Origin: Camelus ferus
Taxonomy: Eukaryota
Assembly (NCBI RefSeq): GCF_009834535.1
Contig: NC_045697.1
Span: forward strand, 90,026,001-90,090,000
Length of the DNA: 64,000 nt
Direction: 5' to 3'
A program made the translations under genes and the position numbers. Positions 51,000-63,354 of the stretch are shown here, one piece after another. The stretch's first letter is position 1, and the number at the start of each line of letters is the position of its first letter. The notes under the pieces are model-generated. The model was not told the DNA's origin, ran no database searches, and worked only from the letters and a program-made list of their open reading frames with translations.

Positions 51000-52065
51000 G
51001 GACAATAGCAGACACATAGATCAATGGAACAGGATAGAGAGCTCGGAAGTAAACCCACACTTGCACTGACTAAGGAGACAAGAATATACAATAGAGAAAA
51101 GAAAGCCTCTTCAATAAGTGGTGTTACATGTGGATATGTAAAAGAATAAAACTAAAATATATTCTCACACCATATTCAAAAATAAACTCAAAACAGATTA
51201 AACATTTACATTTAATCATCTTAAATTATTAAACTTAAATCTAATCACCAGGGAAATTCAAATCAAACTACTTTAAGATATAATCTCACCTCTGTCCAAA
51301 TGGCTATTATCAAAAATAGAATGAGTAATAAGTGTTGGCCAGGACTTGGAGAGAAGGGAACCTTGTGCACTGTCGGTTGAAATGTATATTGGTTCAGCGA
51401 CTACAGAAAACAGTATAGAGGTTCTTCAAAAAACTATAAACAGAACTACAATAAGATCCAGCAGTTCTACTTCTGGGCTTTTCCAAAGCAGATAAAAGCA
51501 CTAATTGAAATACATGTATCCCTATCTTCATTGCAGCACGAATCACAATAGCCAAGATATGATAGCATCCTAAGTGCCCAATGGATTATTACTCAGCCAA
51601 AAAAAAGAATCAAAAGTGTTTCCATTTGAGACAACATGGATGGACCTGTAGGGTACTGTGCTAAATTAAATAAGTCAGGTAGGGAAAGACAAATAAAGTA
51701 TTTCACTTATATGTGAAATCTAAGAACAAAACAACCAAAGAAACATAACAAAACAGAAATCAGAGTCACAGATACAGAGAATAAACAGGTGGTTTTCATA
51801 GAGGAGAGGATGGTGAGATGAGTGAAATAGTAGAGGGAGATTAGTAGATACAAACTTCCAGTTACACAATAAATGAGTCTTGGGGTTGACATGTACAGAG
51901 TGGGGAACATAGTCATTGATAATATAAGATATTGTTCTGTGGTGACAGATTGTAATTAGACTTATCATAATGATCACTTTGTAATGTGTGGAAATACTGA
52001 ATTGCTATGTTATACACCAGGAATTAACATAGTGTTGTACATCAGTTATATTTCATAATAAAAAA
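51000..52065 (+). mobile_element. L1 ORF2 fragments and 3'UTR with internal deletions
   Basis: gacacatagatcaatggaacaggatagagag...; aagtgttggccaggacttggagagaagggaacc; A-rich tail at about 52056-52070. Confidence 0.88.
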
Positions 52066-52077
52066 AATAAACAAGCA

Positions 52078-52460
52078 AACTTATTAAAAAATAGGTCTAA
52101 TTTGTGATTACCAGAGGTTGGGGGTGGGGAGATAATTGGATGAAGTTGGTCAAAAGGCACAAACTTCCAGTTATAAGATATCTAAGTATTAGAGATGTAA
52201 TGTACAACATGATTAGTATATTTAACACTGCTGTATGTTCTATATGGAAATTCTTTAAAGAGTAAATCTTAAGAGTTCTTATCACAAGGAAAAACGTTTT
52301 TTCTTTTTCTTTCATTTTGTATCTATATGAGATGATGAATATTCACTAAACTTATTGTGGTAATCATTTCATAATGTATGTAAGTCAAATCATTATAGTG
52401 TATACCTTAAACTTATACAGTGTTGTATGTTAATTTTATCTCAATAAAACTGGATAAAAT
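52078..52460 (+). mobile_element. Second L1 3'UTR (different subfamily)
   Basis: gtgattaccagaggttggggg...caaacttccagttataag...tataccttaaacttatacagtgttgtatgttaattttatctcaataaaactgg. Confidence 0.85.
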
Positions 52461-53447
52461 TAATTAAAAGATTTGAGTGAAAAAAAAGAACTAACTCACA
52501 TTCACTATATTTTATGAAGAAAAATTATGAACATTCTGGTTTGACTGATATTCCAAAGAATAATTGTTTTACCCTGAAAATTCAAGTAGAAACAGAAACA
52601 GAATTTGATACATTTAATCAGGAATTTTAAGATGAGAGAGGTAAGAAAGTTTCAAGGCTATAGTTCTGAATCACATTTCAGGCTTCTGTGTGATGTATGA
52701 ACACCTTCTGATGCAAAAATACTAATTTATAAGGCACTTGTGTTTTTAAAAGAGAAATTTCCCCTCCAATGTAAACTAGTGAAAGTTGAATTCCAGCTGG
52801 ATATTTTTCTGTTCTTTCCAACTGTGATTCACTAGTATTAGACTAAACAGATAAAAGTGACTTAAAATAATTAAAAACACTTACTTTAGAAAAAATACAT
52901 ATAATAATAATTCTGGTATATACAAACGTGGCACTCCCATGAATACTTTATTAGGGAAAAAATCTGTGCTATAGAAAAGTATGGTTTATCTCTACATAAT
53001 TAGAATCACTGCATTACTCTGTAACTGTCAGTATCTCCCCTCTTATTGTGAGAAACGGAGAAAATAAGTCAAAAGAGAATCTTTATAAAAGCACTTTGAG
53101 TGAGAAATATAAATTCTGTTATAAAATTGAAAAAACTTAAAAGGCCAAAACTATTTTGTGGAGCTCATAAATGATTTCATCTTAAATCAAGATACACATA
53201 GTCTGAATTTTATGTTCTTTTCTAAGAAGAATGCCACTATTGCCTATATTTTCTACATTAAAAAAAATTGCTACTTCAAAATTTAAATATTTGGATCTGC
53301 TCCAAAATACTGTAAGTAACTAATTTATGAATTAAATAGAATTAGTCAAGTCATTTTTTTGAAAATCTTTATATTTTATTCATAATTAAAAGTTATTATT
53401 TTTCAGAGCAAACTGAACATAAAAGTTATTTTAACTTGGGACATTTT

Positions 53448-54968
53448 TAACATTTTTTATTGATTTATAATCATTTTACAATGTTGTGTCAAATTCCAGT
53501 GTTCAGCACAATTTTTCAGTCATTCATGGACATATACACACTCATTGTCACATTTTTTTCTCTGTGAGTTATCATATAACATTTTGTGTATATTTCCCTG
53601 TGCTATACAGTGTAATCTTGTTTATCTATTCTACAATTTTGAAATCCCAGTCTATCCCTTCCCACCCTCCACCCCCCTGGCAACCACAAGTCTGTATTCT
53701 CTGTCTGTGAGTCTATTTCTGTCCTTTATTTACGCTTTGTTTTTGTCTGTTTGTTTGTTTGTTTTTGTTTTTGTTTTTTAGATTCCACATATGAGTGATC
53801 TCATATGGTATTTTTCTTTCTCTTTCTGGCTTACTTCACTTAGAATGACATTCTCCAGGAGCATCCATGTTGCTGCAAATGGCATTATGTTGTCGGTTTT
53901 TATGGCTGAGCAGTATTCCATTGTATAAATATACCACCTCTTCTTTATCCAGTCACCTGTTGATGGACATTTAGGCTGTTTCCATGTTTTGGCTATTGTA
54001 AACAGTGCTGCTATGAACATTGGGGTGCAGGTGTCATCCTGAAGTAGACTTCCTTCTGGATACAAGCCCAGGAGCGGGATTCCTGGGTCATATGGTAAGT
54101 CTATTCCTAGTCCTTTGAGGAATCTTGACACTGTTTTCCATAGTGGCTGCACCAAACTGCATTCCCACTAGCAGTGTAGGAGGGTTCCCCTTTCTCCACA
54201 GCCTCTCCAGCATTTGTCATTTGTGGATTTTTGAATGACGGCCATTCTGACTGGTGTGAGGTGATACCTCATTGTAGTTTTGATTTGCATTTCTCTGATA
54301 ATTAGTGATACTGAGCATTTTTTCATGTGCTTTTTGATCATTTGTATATCTTCCTTGGAGAATTGCTTGTTTAGGTCTTCTGCCCATTTTTGGATATGGT
54401 TGTTTATTTTTTTCTTATTGAGTCGTATGAGCTGCTTATATATTCTGGAGATCAAGCCTTTGTCGGTTTCACTTGCAAAAATTTTCTCCCATTCCGTAGG
54501 TTTTCTGCTTGTTTTACTTCTGGTTTCCTTTGCTGTGCAGAAGCTTGTAAGTTTCATTAGGTCCCATTTGTTTATTCTTGCTTTTACTTCTTCTAGGAGA
54601 AAATTTTTTAAATGTATGTCAGATAATGTTTTGCCTATGTTTTCCTCTAGGAGGTTTATTGTATCTTGTCTTATGTTTAAGTCTTTAATCCATTTTGAGT
54701 TGATTTTTGTATATGGTGTAAGGGAGTGTTCTAGCTTCATTGTTTTACATGCTGCTGTCCAGTTTTCCCAACACCATTTGCTGAAGAGACTGTCTTTATT
54801 CCATTGTATATTCTTGCCTCCTTTGTTGAAGATGAGTTGACCAAAAGTTTATGGGTTCATTTCTGGGCTCTCTATTCTGTTCCATTGGTCTATATGTCTG
54901 TTTTGGTACCAATACCATGCTGTCTTGATGACTGTAGCTCTATAGTATTGTCTGAAGTCTGGGAGAGG
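53448..54968 (-). mobile_element. Young 5'-truncated LINE-1 (about 1.5 kb): ORF2 C-terminus and 3'UTR
   Basis: ORFs 54168..54740 and 53778..54155 are in the same frame and are L1 ORF2 ([45 protein letters not shown]), split by one TGG>TAG. Flanked by a 10-bp TSD gggacatttt / gggatgtttt. Confidence 0.96.
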
Positions 54969-57059
54969 GGGATGTTTTATTCACCAATACATACCTAAGA
55001 TCAAAACACGACATGCAGCTGGCACTCAAAATTTTTTATTAAAATAATAAATCAATCACACAAATGTTTATAAGTATGTATATAAGTTCATTAACCTAAC
55101 TTTAATAAAACTTGATATATGATTACTCCCTTGAAAAAATGTTAAATCAGCACCTTAAAAATGTATTATATCATATCCCTCATTTACTATGTTGATGGAA
55201 TTTGAAGTTGAAAATTCTCCTGCAAAATAGATTTCTGATTTGCTAAAACGTTAAAAGCTCAGGTTTTGTTTTTTGGTGCCAATTGGGGGAAAATGTTACT
55301 AGTGGTTTTGAACTGAATTTTATCTTGCACATGTGAATTAAATTATATTTTTCTTGGTTTCAGATGAATGAACACATTTCCCCCATGGCACTGTGCCAGT
55401 AGAATAATACACCTGGAATATGTTAATTTTTTTAATGACCTCACAGTCTGTCATAATAAGCTAATCACCTCCAGACAACAAGATTAACATGATTTGTACA
55501 TTCAGAAAAAAAAGGACTTAAATGCCAACTTAATTATTATTGAAATTCATCTCCTTATTTATTAATTTAAGTTCCAAATTTTATATGACAGTATTTTCTC
55601 CCATACTTCTAATTGTTTCTTATTTTCTGATACTATTTAATCATCAAGTTGGTTTGACATACACTCTTAAAACAGCCTTTAGAATTGTATGGCCTTATTT
55701 AAAATGCTGGCAAAAGGGCCTGTGTGCATGTTCAGTAATTCAGGTCAAGCTAATGGCACCACATGTGTTTTCTGTTATGATATGGTTACAATTTTACATG
55801 TAGAAAATGTGGAATATATGTATTTTTTCATCTCTTTTTATCCACATCCTCTAAAAATTTTACCCCCCGATGCAATCTTATGCTTAGCACTACCTAAAGA
55901 ATTGAGCCAAAACAATCAATTCCTTTATTTTTGTCCCATCAAAACCACAGGTTTCACTTGACAGCAGAACCCATAAACAGGTTAGAATTTTTTATACCTA
56001 TATAGAGCAGTAAATAAAGTATCTGCTCCCTGATTTCTTTTCACCTTGTGTTCTCTATATTACCATAAGTGAGAAATTAATAAATATATTTCCTGTGGTC
56101 AGAATCATTTGACATCTATATGCAAAAGAAGAAACAAAATTAAAATAGTTCAGGAGTGTAATTCAATAGATGTATCCATTTTGAAGCCTAAGCTGTACAT
56201 ACATGCAAATTGAATATTATTTCAAATAGTTATAAACAGTTTATAATTGTTTCAGGGTTTGAATCAGTCAGCCAAGTTAAAGCCCCATTACTTAGGGGGA
56301 AAAATTGATGACAAAAGTAACAATCCATGAATATTTTGCAATTCTTAGGAAAGTCTATTTCATTTTCAGTTTGTTAAACAGAGCCGGTGATTTGTCACAA
56401 AAGAACTAAAGTATTACAGATATCCCCCACCAATCTGGAGTTCTTGCTAAGCTGCTAATTTTTCTCCAAATGAAGTTAGTGTCAAGGAACAGAAAACAGA
56501 CTGTATGTAACAGGAGTCTGTCATCAAAAAGAACCCAAAGGAAACAGCATCGAAGGATACAGAAGAAGTGGGGGTCATTTTGATTAATGTATCAGTCATT
56601 ATATTGGGGCTTATAATAAGCTCAGAAACTTGACTGTCCTGCTGGCTCACTATCATGCCTTGCTTTCAGGTTATTCTCCACTGATTCCGTCATATAAAAG
56701 TAATAGCCTTTGAAAAAGAGTAGCCCAGGCAGAAGAAATTAGAAGAGAAATGAACATTTTTCCACATGTACTAAAGGGATACAATGCATGCGGTCACAAC
56801 TGAGAGTAATTTTAACACCAAGTAGCCTTTTTCTTGTCACACTTTGTCAGTTTCTTGAAGTGGGTATGATTTTTGTATATTACTTTCCCCTTATACATAT
56901 GGGATTATATTAGACCTGCTCAATATCTTCTTATTTGTTCGGTTAATAATGTACAGTAAGTAGTTAACTTTTGAGAAAGATCCCAGCGCTATTTTTTTTA
57001 AAAGGCCACAATCCCCAAGCAGATTATTTTGAAGACCTGACACGTCTTCCATAACGTCC

Positions 57060-57210
57060 TAGGCAATACGGTTTAGCATAAGAAGCTTGGGCCTTGGAAA
57101 GCTGCAGATCTTCATTCAAATGTCAGCTGTGCCACCTTCTAGTTTCTAATTTCAGTCAAGTTTTTTAACTCAACTGAATTCAATTTTCTCACTGGTAAAA
57201 TGAAAACTGG
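57060..57210 (+). mobile_element. MIR SINE fragment
   Basis: caagttttttaactcaactgaattcaattttctcactggtaaaatgaaa. Confidence 0.65.
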
Positions 57211-57657
57211 AGGGAGAGAATATGAGGAGTGAAATGTCTCCCTTGGAAGCCAGCAGGCCTTTCTTCTCTGTGTTGGCAACATGCTACTTTCTAGATTTTT
57301 TAACTGCCACCTGGGGACAGGAACCTAGCAGAGAGCCTGGATCATAGGAGGGAGGTGATCAGCTGATTTTACTTCCCTTTCCTGATAAGTCATTAAAATT
57401 AATAACTTAATTATCTCATTACCTACTATCAAAATATTAAATCAATCAAGAGTTGGCTAACTTGTCACTATAATGAGCTTGAAATATATTAATTTACATG
57501 AAATCACTGACTCTGTAAGTCACATTAGGAGATTTCCATATGTCCTAATTTGTCCAAGAAAATTAAATGTTCAGGTTCTGTAAGAGAAACTAAATGAACT
57601 GTGGCTTCACCACTGCACTGGACAGTTACATAGTAATAAATCAAGCCATCCTCCAGA

Positions 57658-57877
57658 CCAAGGATCTACAAACTTTCTGCAAAGACCAGATGCTAATTAT
57701 TTTAGGCTTTGCATGCCACATGGTCTTTGTTGCAACTACGAGACTCTGCCTTCATAGTATAAAATCAGCCATAGACAGCAGGTAAACAAACAGGTATGGC
57801 TGTGTTACGAAAACTTAATTTACAGAAATTGGTGATGGACCAGATTTGACTCACAGGCTGTAGTTTTCCAACTCCTG
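57658..57877. mobile_element. MER58A-like hAT MITE, near full length
   Basis: caaactttctgcaaagaccagatgctaattattttaggctttgc...cagccatagaca...gatttgactcacaggctgtagttttccaactcctg. Confidence 0.88.
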
Positions 57878-59079
57878 TCAATACTGATGACATCTCAATA
57901 CTCCACAAATTATCACTTACATCATTTCTTATATTCTTGATATTTCCTATCAGTTAGAAAGAGGACCACAACTATATGTAGACATATGGAAAACATATTA
58001 AAGGAACAACTACATATTAAATGAATCTAAACACATTCTTCTTAAAAATGTTTAGTAGTAAAATATAGAAGAGTGTATCAAGAAAGACGGCTAAATTTAT
58101 AACTTAGTGGTATGATCCCCAACTAGCATAAAAACCCAATATAAAAAATCTTCCAACCCCAAAGGCCACAGTTTAAGGCTCCAGTCAAACAAGAGGGAAT
58201 TTTAAATAATAATTTTTCATTAACTGGTATGCCAGCTACAAGTTATGCCAATAACCAGTCAAGAACACAGAAAATTGTCACTAGGTAACTATAATAGCTG
58301 GAAATAACATGAAAAACTGAAACAAAATATTTTTAATCTGTCCACTCATTTGCAATAGGATTAAGCCCAAGAATTATAAATCACTGGTTCTACAAATGCA
58401 AAAGAATTTTTAGATGTTTGAACAAATGGAAATAACAAGGATACTGCCGAACATTTGGTAAGCCTCCCCCACAAAGTATGTTTCAAACCACAGAATCTGA
58501 AAACAAAGCTAACAGACGTAAAAGATAATTATGTGAAGACAGTAGAATAGTTTTCCTCCATTGCACTAAAGGTCTTTCTAAAGATCAACATTAAAATAAT
58601 CAACTTTTTTTTCCAATTGGTCAATAAGCTCTCTTGTTAGATTGTGAGCTCAGAGGCATGAACAATATATTATTCATCATTTCTGTGAGTACATGACATG
58701 AATAATATAGGTACACTAGCTAAAAATAGTATGTACTAAGCAAATTATTATTCAATTACATTTAAAAATCTACTAGCCTTAATAGAGCATAGAAATCACA
58801 AAGTTGCTCATTATGTTATCATCTTAAAATCCACTCATCCAAATAGCAGGATATTCCCTGGAAGTATAAAACTCTATCTTCTATCCCTCAATGATGTGCT
58901 GCAAAGACCGAAGTTCCCATGAGAAGAATGGAGACTTCAGAGCTGCACCACTCAGCGATTCAATGCAGGCTCCTGTCCCTCTTAATTAAACGAATCCCTC
59001 AGCACTGCACCAGCAGGCTGCTTTCCAAGACAGAAGAGATGTCACACAGATGTTTCCAACAAAGCTTCCAAAAGTTTAC

Positions 59080-59126
59080 CTTGCTGGGAAAGAATGACTC
59101 CATTCACAGTAAGAATTTTACCAATC
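59080..59126 (-). CDS. Candidate coding exon, 47 nt, phase 2-1 (IGKILTVNGVILSQQ)
   Basis: Acceptor gtgttcattcttatag|g, donor AAG|GTAAAC; phases bridge the 59479 and 45029 candidates. Confidence 0.4.
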
Positions 59127-59478
59127 CTATAAGAATGAACACGAGCAAAAGGGTCGGAATCTGCCTCTTCTTAAAGGAAAACACATATACAACATACAAC
59201 CAGACACGTATTAAGAGTGTCCAGATGTCTTTACCGTGCAGGGGAATAATTTTTTAAACTCCACAGAAATGAAAAAAGGCACTGAGAGAACTATGAGAAG
59301 GTGTTACACATCTGAGACGTGAGAATACACAGACCTCTCTTGGATTGCCAACTTGATTAGCTCTTCTCTTTTACAGAAAGATGCTTCAGCCATCGACATG
59401 CCAAAAGAAGGACCCAAAACTATGCCTGATTTCTGGTCAAAGGTGAAAGAAAGGAATGCCAAGAAGACAAATGCTTAC

Positions 59479-59659
59479 AGACGAGATCTGTGAAAAAAGT
59501 CAGTAAAGATAGGTTTTATAGATCTGCAGTACAGAAGATGAAATCTGGTGTGGGATAGAGCATGTCTGCTTGTGAATTTTAATGCAGATGATGGAACAAG
59601 AGGGCATACATAAAAATTAGGGAAAATCTGATTTGAAACAGATGTCATGCAGCCCTTCA
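59479..59659 (-). CDS. Candidate coding exon, 181 nt, phase 1-2 (KGCMTSVSNQIFPNFYVCPLVPSSALKFTSRHALSHTRFHLLYCRSIKPIFTDFFHRSR)
   Basis: Acceptor tttatgactctttgcag|tg, donor TCT|GTAAGC. ORF-track entry 59475..59660 coincides almost exactly with the splice boundaries. Confidence 0.45.
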
Positions 59660-62119
59660 CTGCAAAGAGTCATAAATGAATGAATGGAATATCAGGCAGA
59701 AAAAAACTGTCCAGGTGAAGAATACTGAATCTGTTTTAAAAAACTGCATATCATCCATATTATAAAGTATGGGGAGGCATCACTGGATGACTATAACCAA
59801 CTTACTCAAATTTGAATGTTAATTAATTTTTAGGTTTATTACTTCAGAACAACACAACAAAGGTGTTCCTTATTAACAAATGATGATAATAAAGCCCAAA
59901 ATTGACATGTGGATGAGATTCTGGGTTTCTGATTTGGAGTCTGTCACTCTACTGTCTTGGCATTATAGCCATACATAATGAATTTAGAGATTTCCATGTT
60001 ATAAAAACTTAAATTATTGTGAAGACTAGAGTTCTAGAACATGTTGTATTTTTTTTAAGTAAGCAAGGAGAAAAGTTCCTTCGTTGCTGCTGTAATCTAA
60101 GTCTAACACAGCAATTCTCCTGAGGAATTTTTCTGTTTCATTTAACAGACTCTTGAAATTGAGTAACTGAACTTTTCTAATTGGCTACAAGAAATTTTAG
60201 AACTGTATTTAGCACTCAATCAAAGCACTTGAGTAACTTGTGACATAGGCATTGCTGTCTTGTGCCTACTCCCTCTCTATTTTATGTCATTTCCCTACAA
60301 TGGTTTTACTTTCTTCTTTTGCAAATATTTTTTAGCATTATCTAATTTGCTCTATTTTACATAACTTTTTAATGTCACTTTAAAATTATCTCAGACAAAA
60401 GGAAATACAATTAATTAATTACTTGGATCCTTCCTATAGAACTGCACAATAAAACATGAGAGCCCTGATCACTCCTTTATTTTATCTCAATTCAGTTCAT
60501 ATTGGTCTTAATACAAGACATCCAGAAAACATAATTTAATGGCTAGCCAATATTGTCCTCTTGTTTCAAATGAGAACAAAGAGATTCAATAAATATAAAA
60601 CAACAAAGCAAACATCAAATCTACAGAATGAATACAGAAACTGAGAATTCTCTGAAAATCCCATTTTATTAAACACTCATCCATACATCCATGCTTCATG
60701 GGGATTCAGAAGAAGTCCGTGCCCCTGTAGCTCCCAGCCCAATGTTTCAGCAATAAATCTTGCTTTCAGCATCATGGTGCAAACTCCCAGCCTTTGTCAG
60801 GATCCACACTTGACAATACTTATTCATTGAAATTGGCATAGACAGATGGTACACCACTTGCTATGGGATGAAGAGGAAGGGAAAACCTCTAGTTGCTTCC
60901 TCATAGTGCTACCATTTTTTCTTCTTTCATTTTTATACTTCTTGTCCCAGAAGCTCTTTCCTAAAACTCACAATCACAAAACCAAGCCCACATAGCTCTG
61001 GTGGTACCCAGTGAATTCACTGCTTATATACTACTTGATTTTTAATTGCATGTGTTCAGGATAGAAGGAAATAAAAAAGGCACAGTGGGATTTCATGGAT
61101 TCTAAATTCTGAAACTGTCATATACAATATCCTGCCAAAATCTATATTCCTTTCATCTCTTCCTTAATAATCTTTTTTTAATAGCCCAGGCATTAGCACT
61201 TCTCATCTTTCACCTTATCCCAGCAAAATAGAAACTACAAATATAGTTTAACAGAAGGAGCATATTTACCTGCTATGCATCTGTGTACTAAACCAACGTT
61301 TCAACTTTCCAGCTTCCTATATACTTAACAAATTTCTCTCATTTGTTTCCCACTGGAGAGAATGTCATTATGATACAAACTTATTTTTCATAAACCTTTT
61401 GAAACAAAAAGTTTACAGAAATACAGCCAGCCAGAGAACAGAGGAGTGATAAAAAGAAGGGGAAAATGACTTAACCATGAGGATCACCTTGCTATCAGGG
61501 GAGCTTTTTCAAAATACACAGACGTTTCTTCTCTCCCCTGCACTCCAAATTCTGAATTACTCTTTTTTTACATGGAATAGGCTAAGAAAAGGAAAAAAGT
61601 TCACAGTTTTATCATCTCTTGTTAAGGTTCTATGAAGGACTAATTAGTGTGTTAAACCACTGTTTACAAGGCCATTGAGTGTGCTTTATCTTTGATAATT
61701 CAGAAGCTGTAATCTGAAAGAACAGGCTACTATTTCCACCCACCAGATAAAGTAATTTTCCAGGAATGTGGTGTGAGGGACAGAGGAACAAAACCATAGA
61801 GATCAAATAAAATTGACTTGGGTTTTTCCACTGTTATGGCTTGGTTGATACAGAGAAAAGAATATTCTAAGCATAACCCATCTGATCATAAAGTATTTCA
61901 CATTACCATACTACTTGGTATTCTATGGTAGGAAAAAAAATTGTGCCAAAATTATGTTCTAGAGGACAATAAGAGGGGAAAAAAAGCTTTTTCCTGAAAA
62001 TATACTAGCAAATTGCTCATTCATTGGAAACCAGTCAATTCTTAGACTAACGTTTCCAATTCACATATTCTTAATCTAATAGATGTAAATTCAACATTAA
62101 GAGCAGTAACTCCACATAT

Positions 62120-62310
62120 TAAGTAGAACTTTATAGTTCACAATACACTGTAAGGCAGATTATCTCATTTGATCCCATAAAAATCCATTTTATTATCTCA
62201 AGTCACAGATGGGAAAAATAAAGTTCAGTGAGACTAAATGACTTGCCCTGGTCATTCAGTGGCCCTGCCAGGTCTCTGGTTCCTAGTCTATTACCCTTTG
62301 CTCTATCTCC
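62120..62310 (-). mobile_element. MIR SINE
   Basis: attatctcatttgatcccataa...cacagatgggaaaaataaagttcagtgagactaaatgacttgccctggtca. Confidence 0.8.
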
Positions 62311-63297
62311 TGGAGGTTAACGTTAATTTCATTAAGTCAATAACAATTTCAACAAGGTGACTGACAATATTCAGTTGTTTCTGCGCAAGCCAGGTTTTCT
62401 TCATCTAAATATTATATTCCTTCTGATATCTCTTTGACAATAAATTATTAGAAGAACTCGAAGTCATAGTCAGGCTGTACATCAAAACCTACAGGCGGGG
62501 TGTGGGAGTCACAAAGTAGGTTCTGAGGATGGTGTGTGCTGGTCTCCTGATAGCATCAGAAAGAAGTGCTGGAGCTCTCATTAACAAACAGGAATTGACA
62601 GATGTTCTTACGGTTTGGATCTAAATTAGCACAAACTATGCCTGTGATGCCAAAATGAAATTACTATATCCTTTTTAGCATGTTGTACAATGAAACACTT
62701 TCTAAATATTGTTAAGGAGCTAAAAATAATCATAAGTGACCAATGCTGTGACAGTGAAGCAGAGACTCAGTTTTAAGATAGATCAGATGTAAGTTATGGA
62801 GCTTGCCAGAGCATGAAAGAGTGTATTCTCTTCACTAATGTCAACAACTTATTTTTACGAGCAGTTATTCACGAGAGGGTCAGGCGCCATTAAAGTCAGT
62901 ATAAAACTCCAGAAAGGGGCTTCTTCTCTGGCATATGCTATATTGCTCCTCAGGAATAGAGTGGTGATTTAAACAAACCCTTAAAACTCAATTTCAAAAC
63001 AAATGAGTTTGAATTAACATAATCTCTTATAGAAGATAGGAATGTTCGTGATTACCTACTAGTACTTTAGAATAAGCTAAATTTTCTATCTTATTTCAAT
63101 TGTTTATGTATCTTGATCTGCACAGCCAATATCAACTTGCTCTTGATAAAAATAGAGAAATTAGTCATTAAGAAAGTAGCTCAAAATTATGTTAATCAAT
63201 AGCAGTATCAAAATCAAAGAAAAAGCTTTACCAGTCTATGCTACTATACAATGTAGCAAAGCTGTTCCTTAAATGTGCACATTTTAAAGAAGACAAG

Positions 63298-63354
63298 GTG
63301 AGAAAGAAGAAAGAAGGAGAGAGAATGGAGGAAGGGAAGGAAGAAGGAAGAAAG
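63298..63354 (+). repeat. Purine-rich (GAA/GGAA) tract
   Basis: agaaagaagaaagaaggagagagaatggaggaagggaaggaagaaggaagaaagg. Confidence 0.85.

Noticed and set aside
54280..54840. 186-aa plus-strand hydrophobic ORF
   Set aside because: Antisense shadow frame of L1 ORF2, a well-known artefact.
60687..60860. Minus segment after a very strong acceptor (ttcccttcctcttcatcccatag)
   Set aside because: Stops in all three frames before the gtatgg donor, and no phase-1 exit to join 59659.
61270..61316. 47-nt minus exon-like segment with CAG|GTAAAT (EAGKLKRWFSTQMHS)
   Set aside because: Ends in phase 2 while the next candidate needs phase 1, and the acceptor is weak. It shows that chance exon-like segments occur here.
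61476..61488. CATGAGGATCACC, 13 nt identical to part of the MS2 operator hairpin
   Set aside because: The 3' stem arm (CATGT) is missing so the hairpin cannot form; coincidence.
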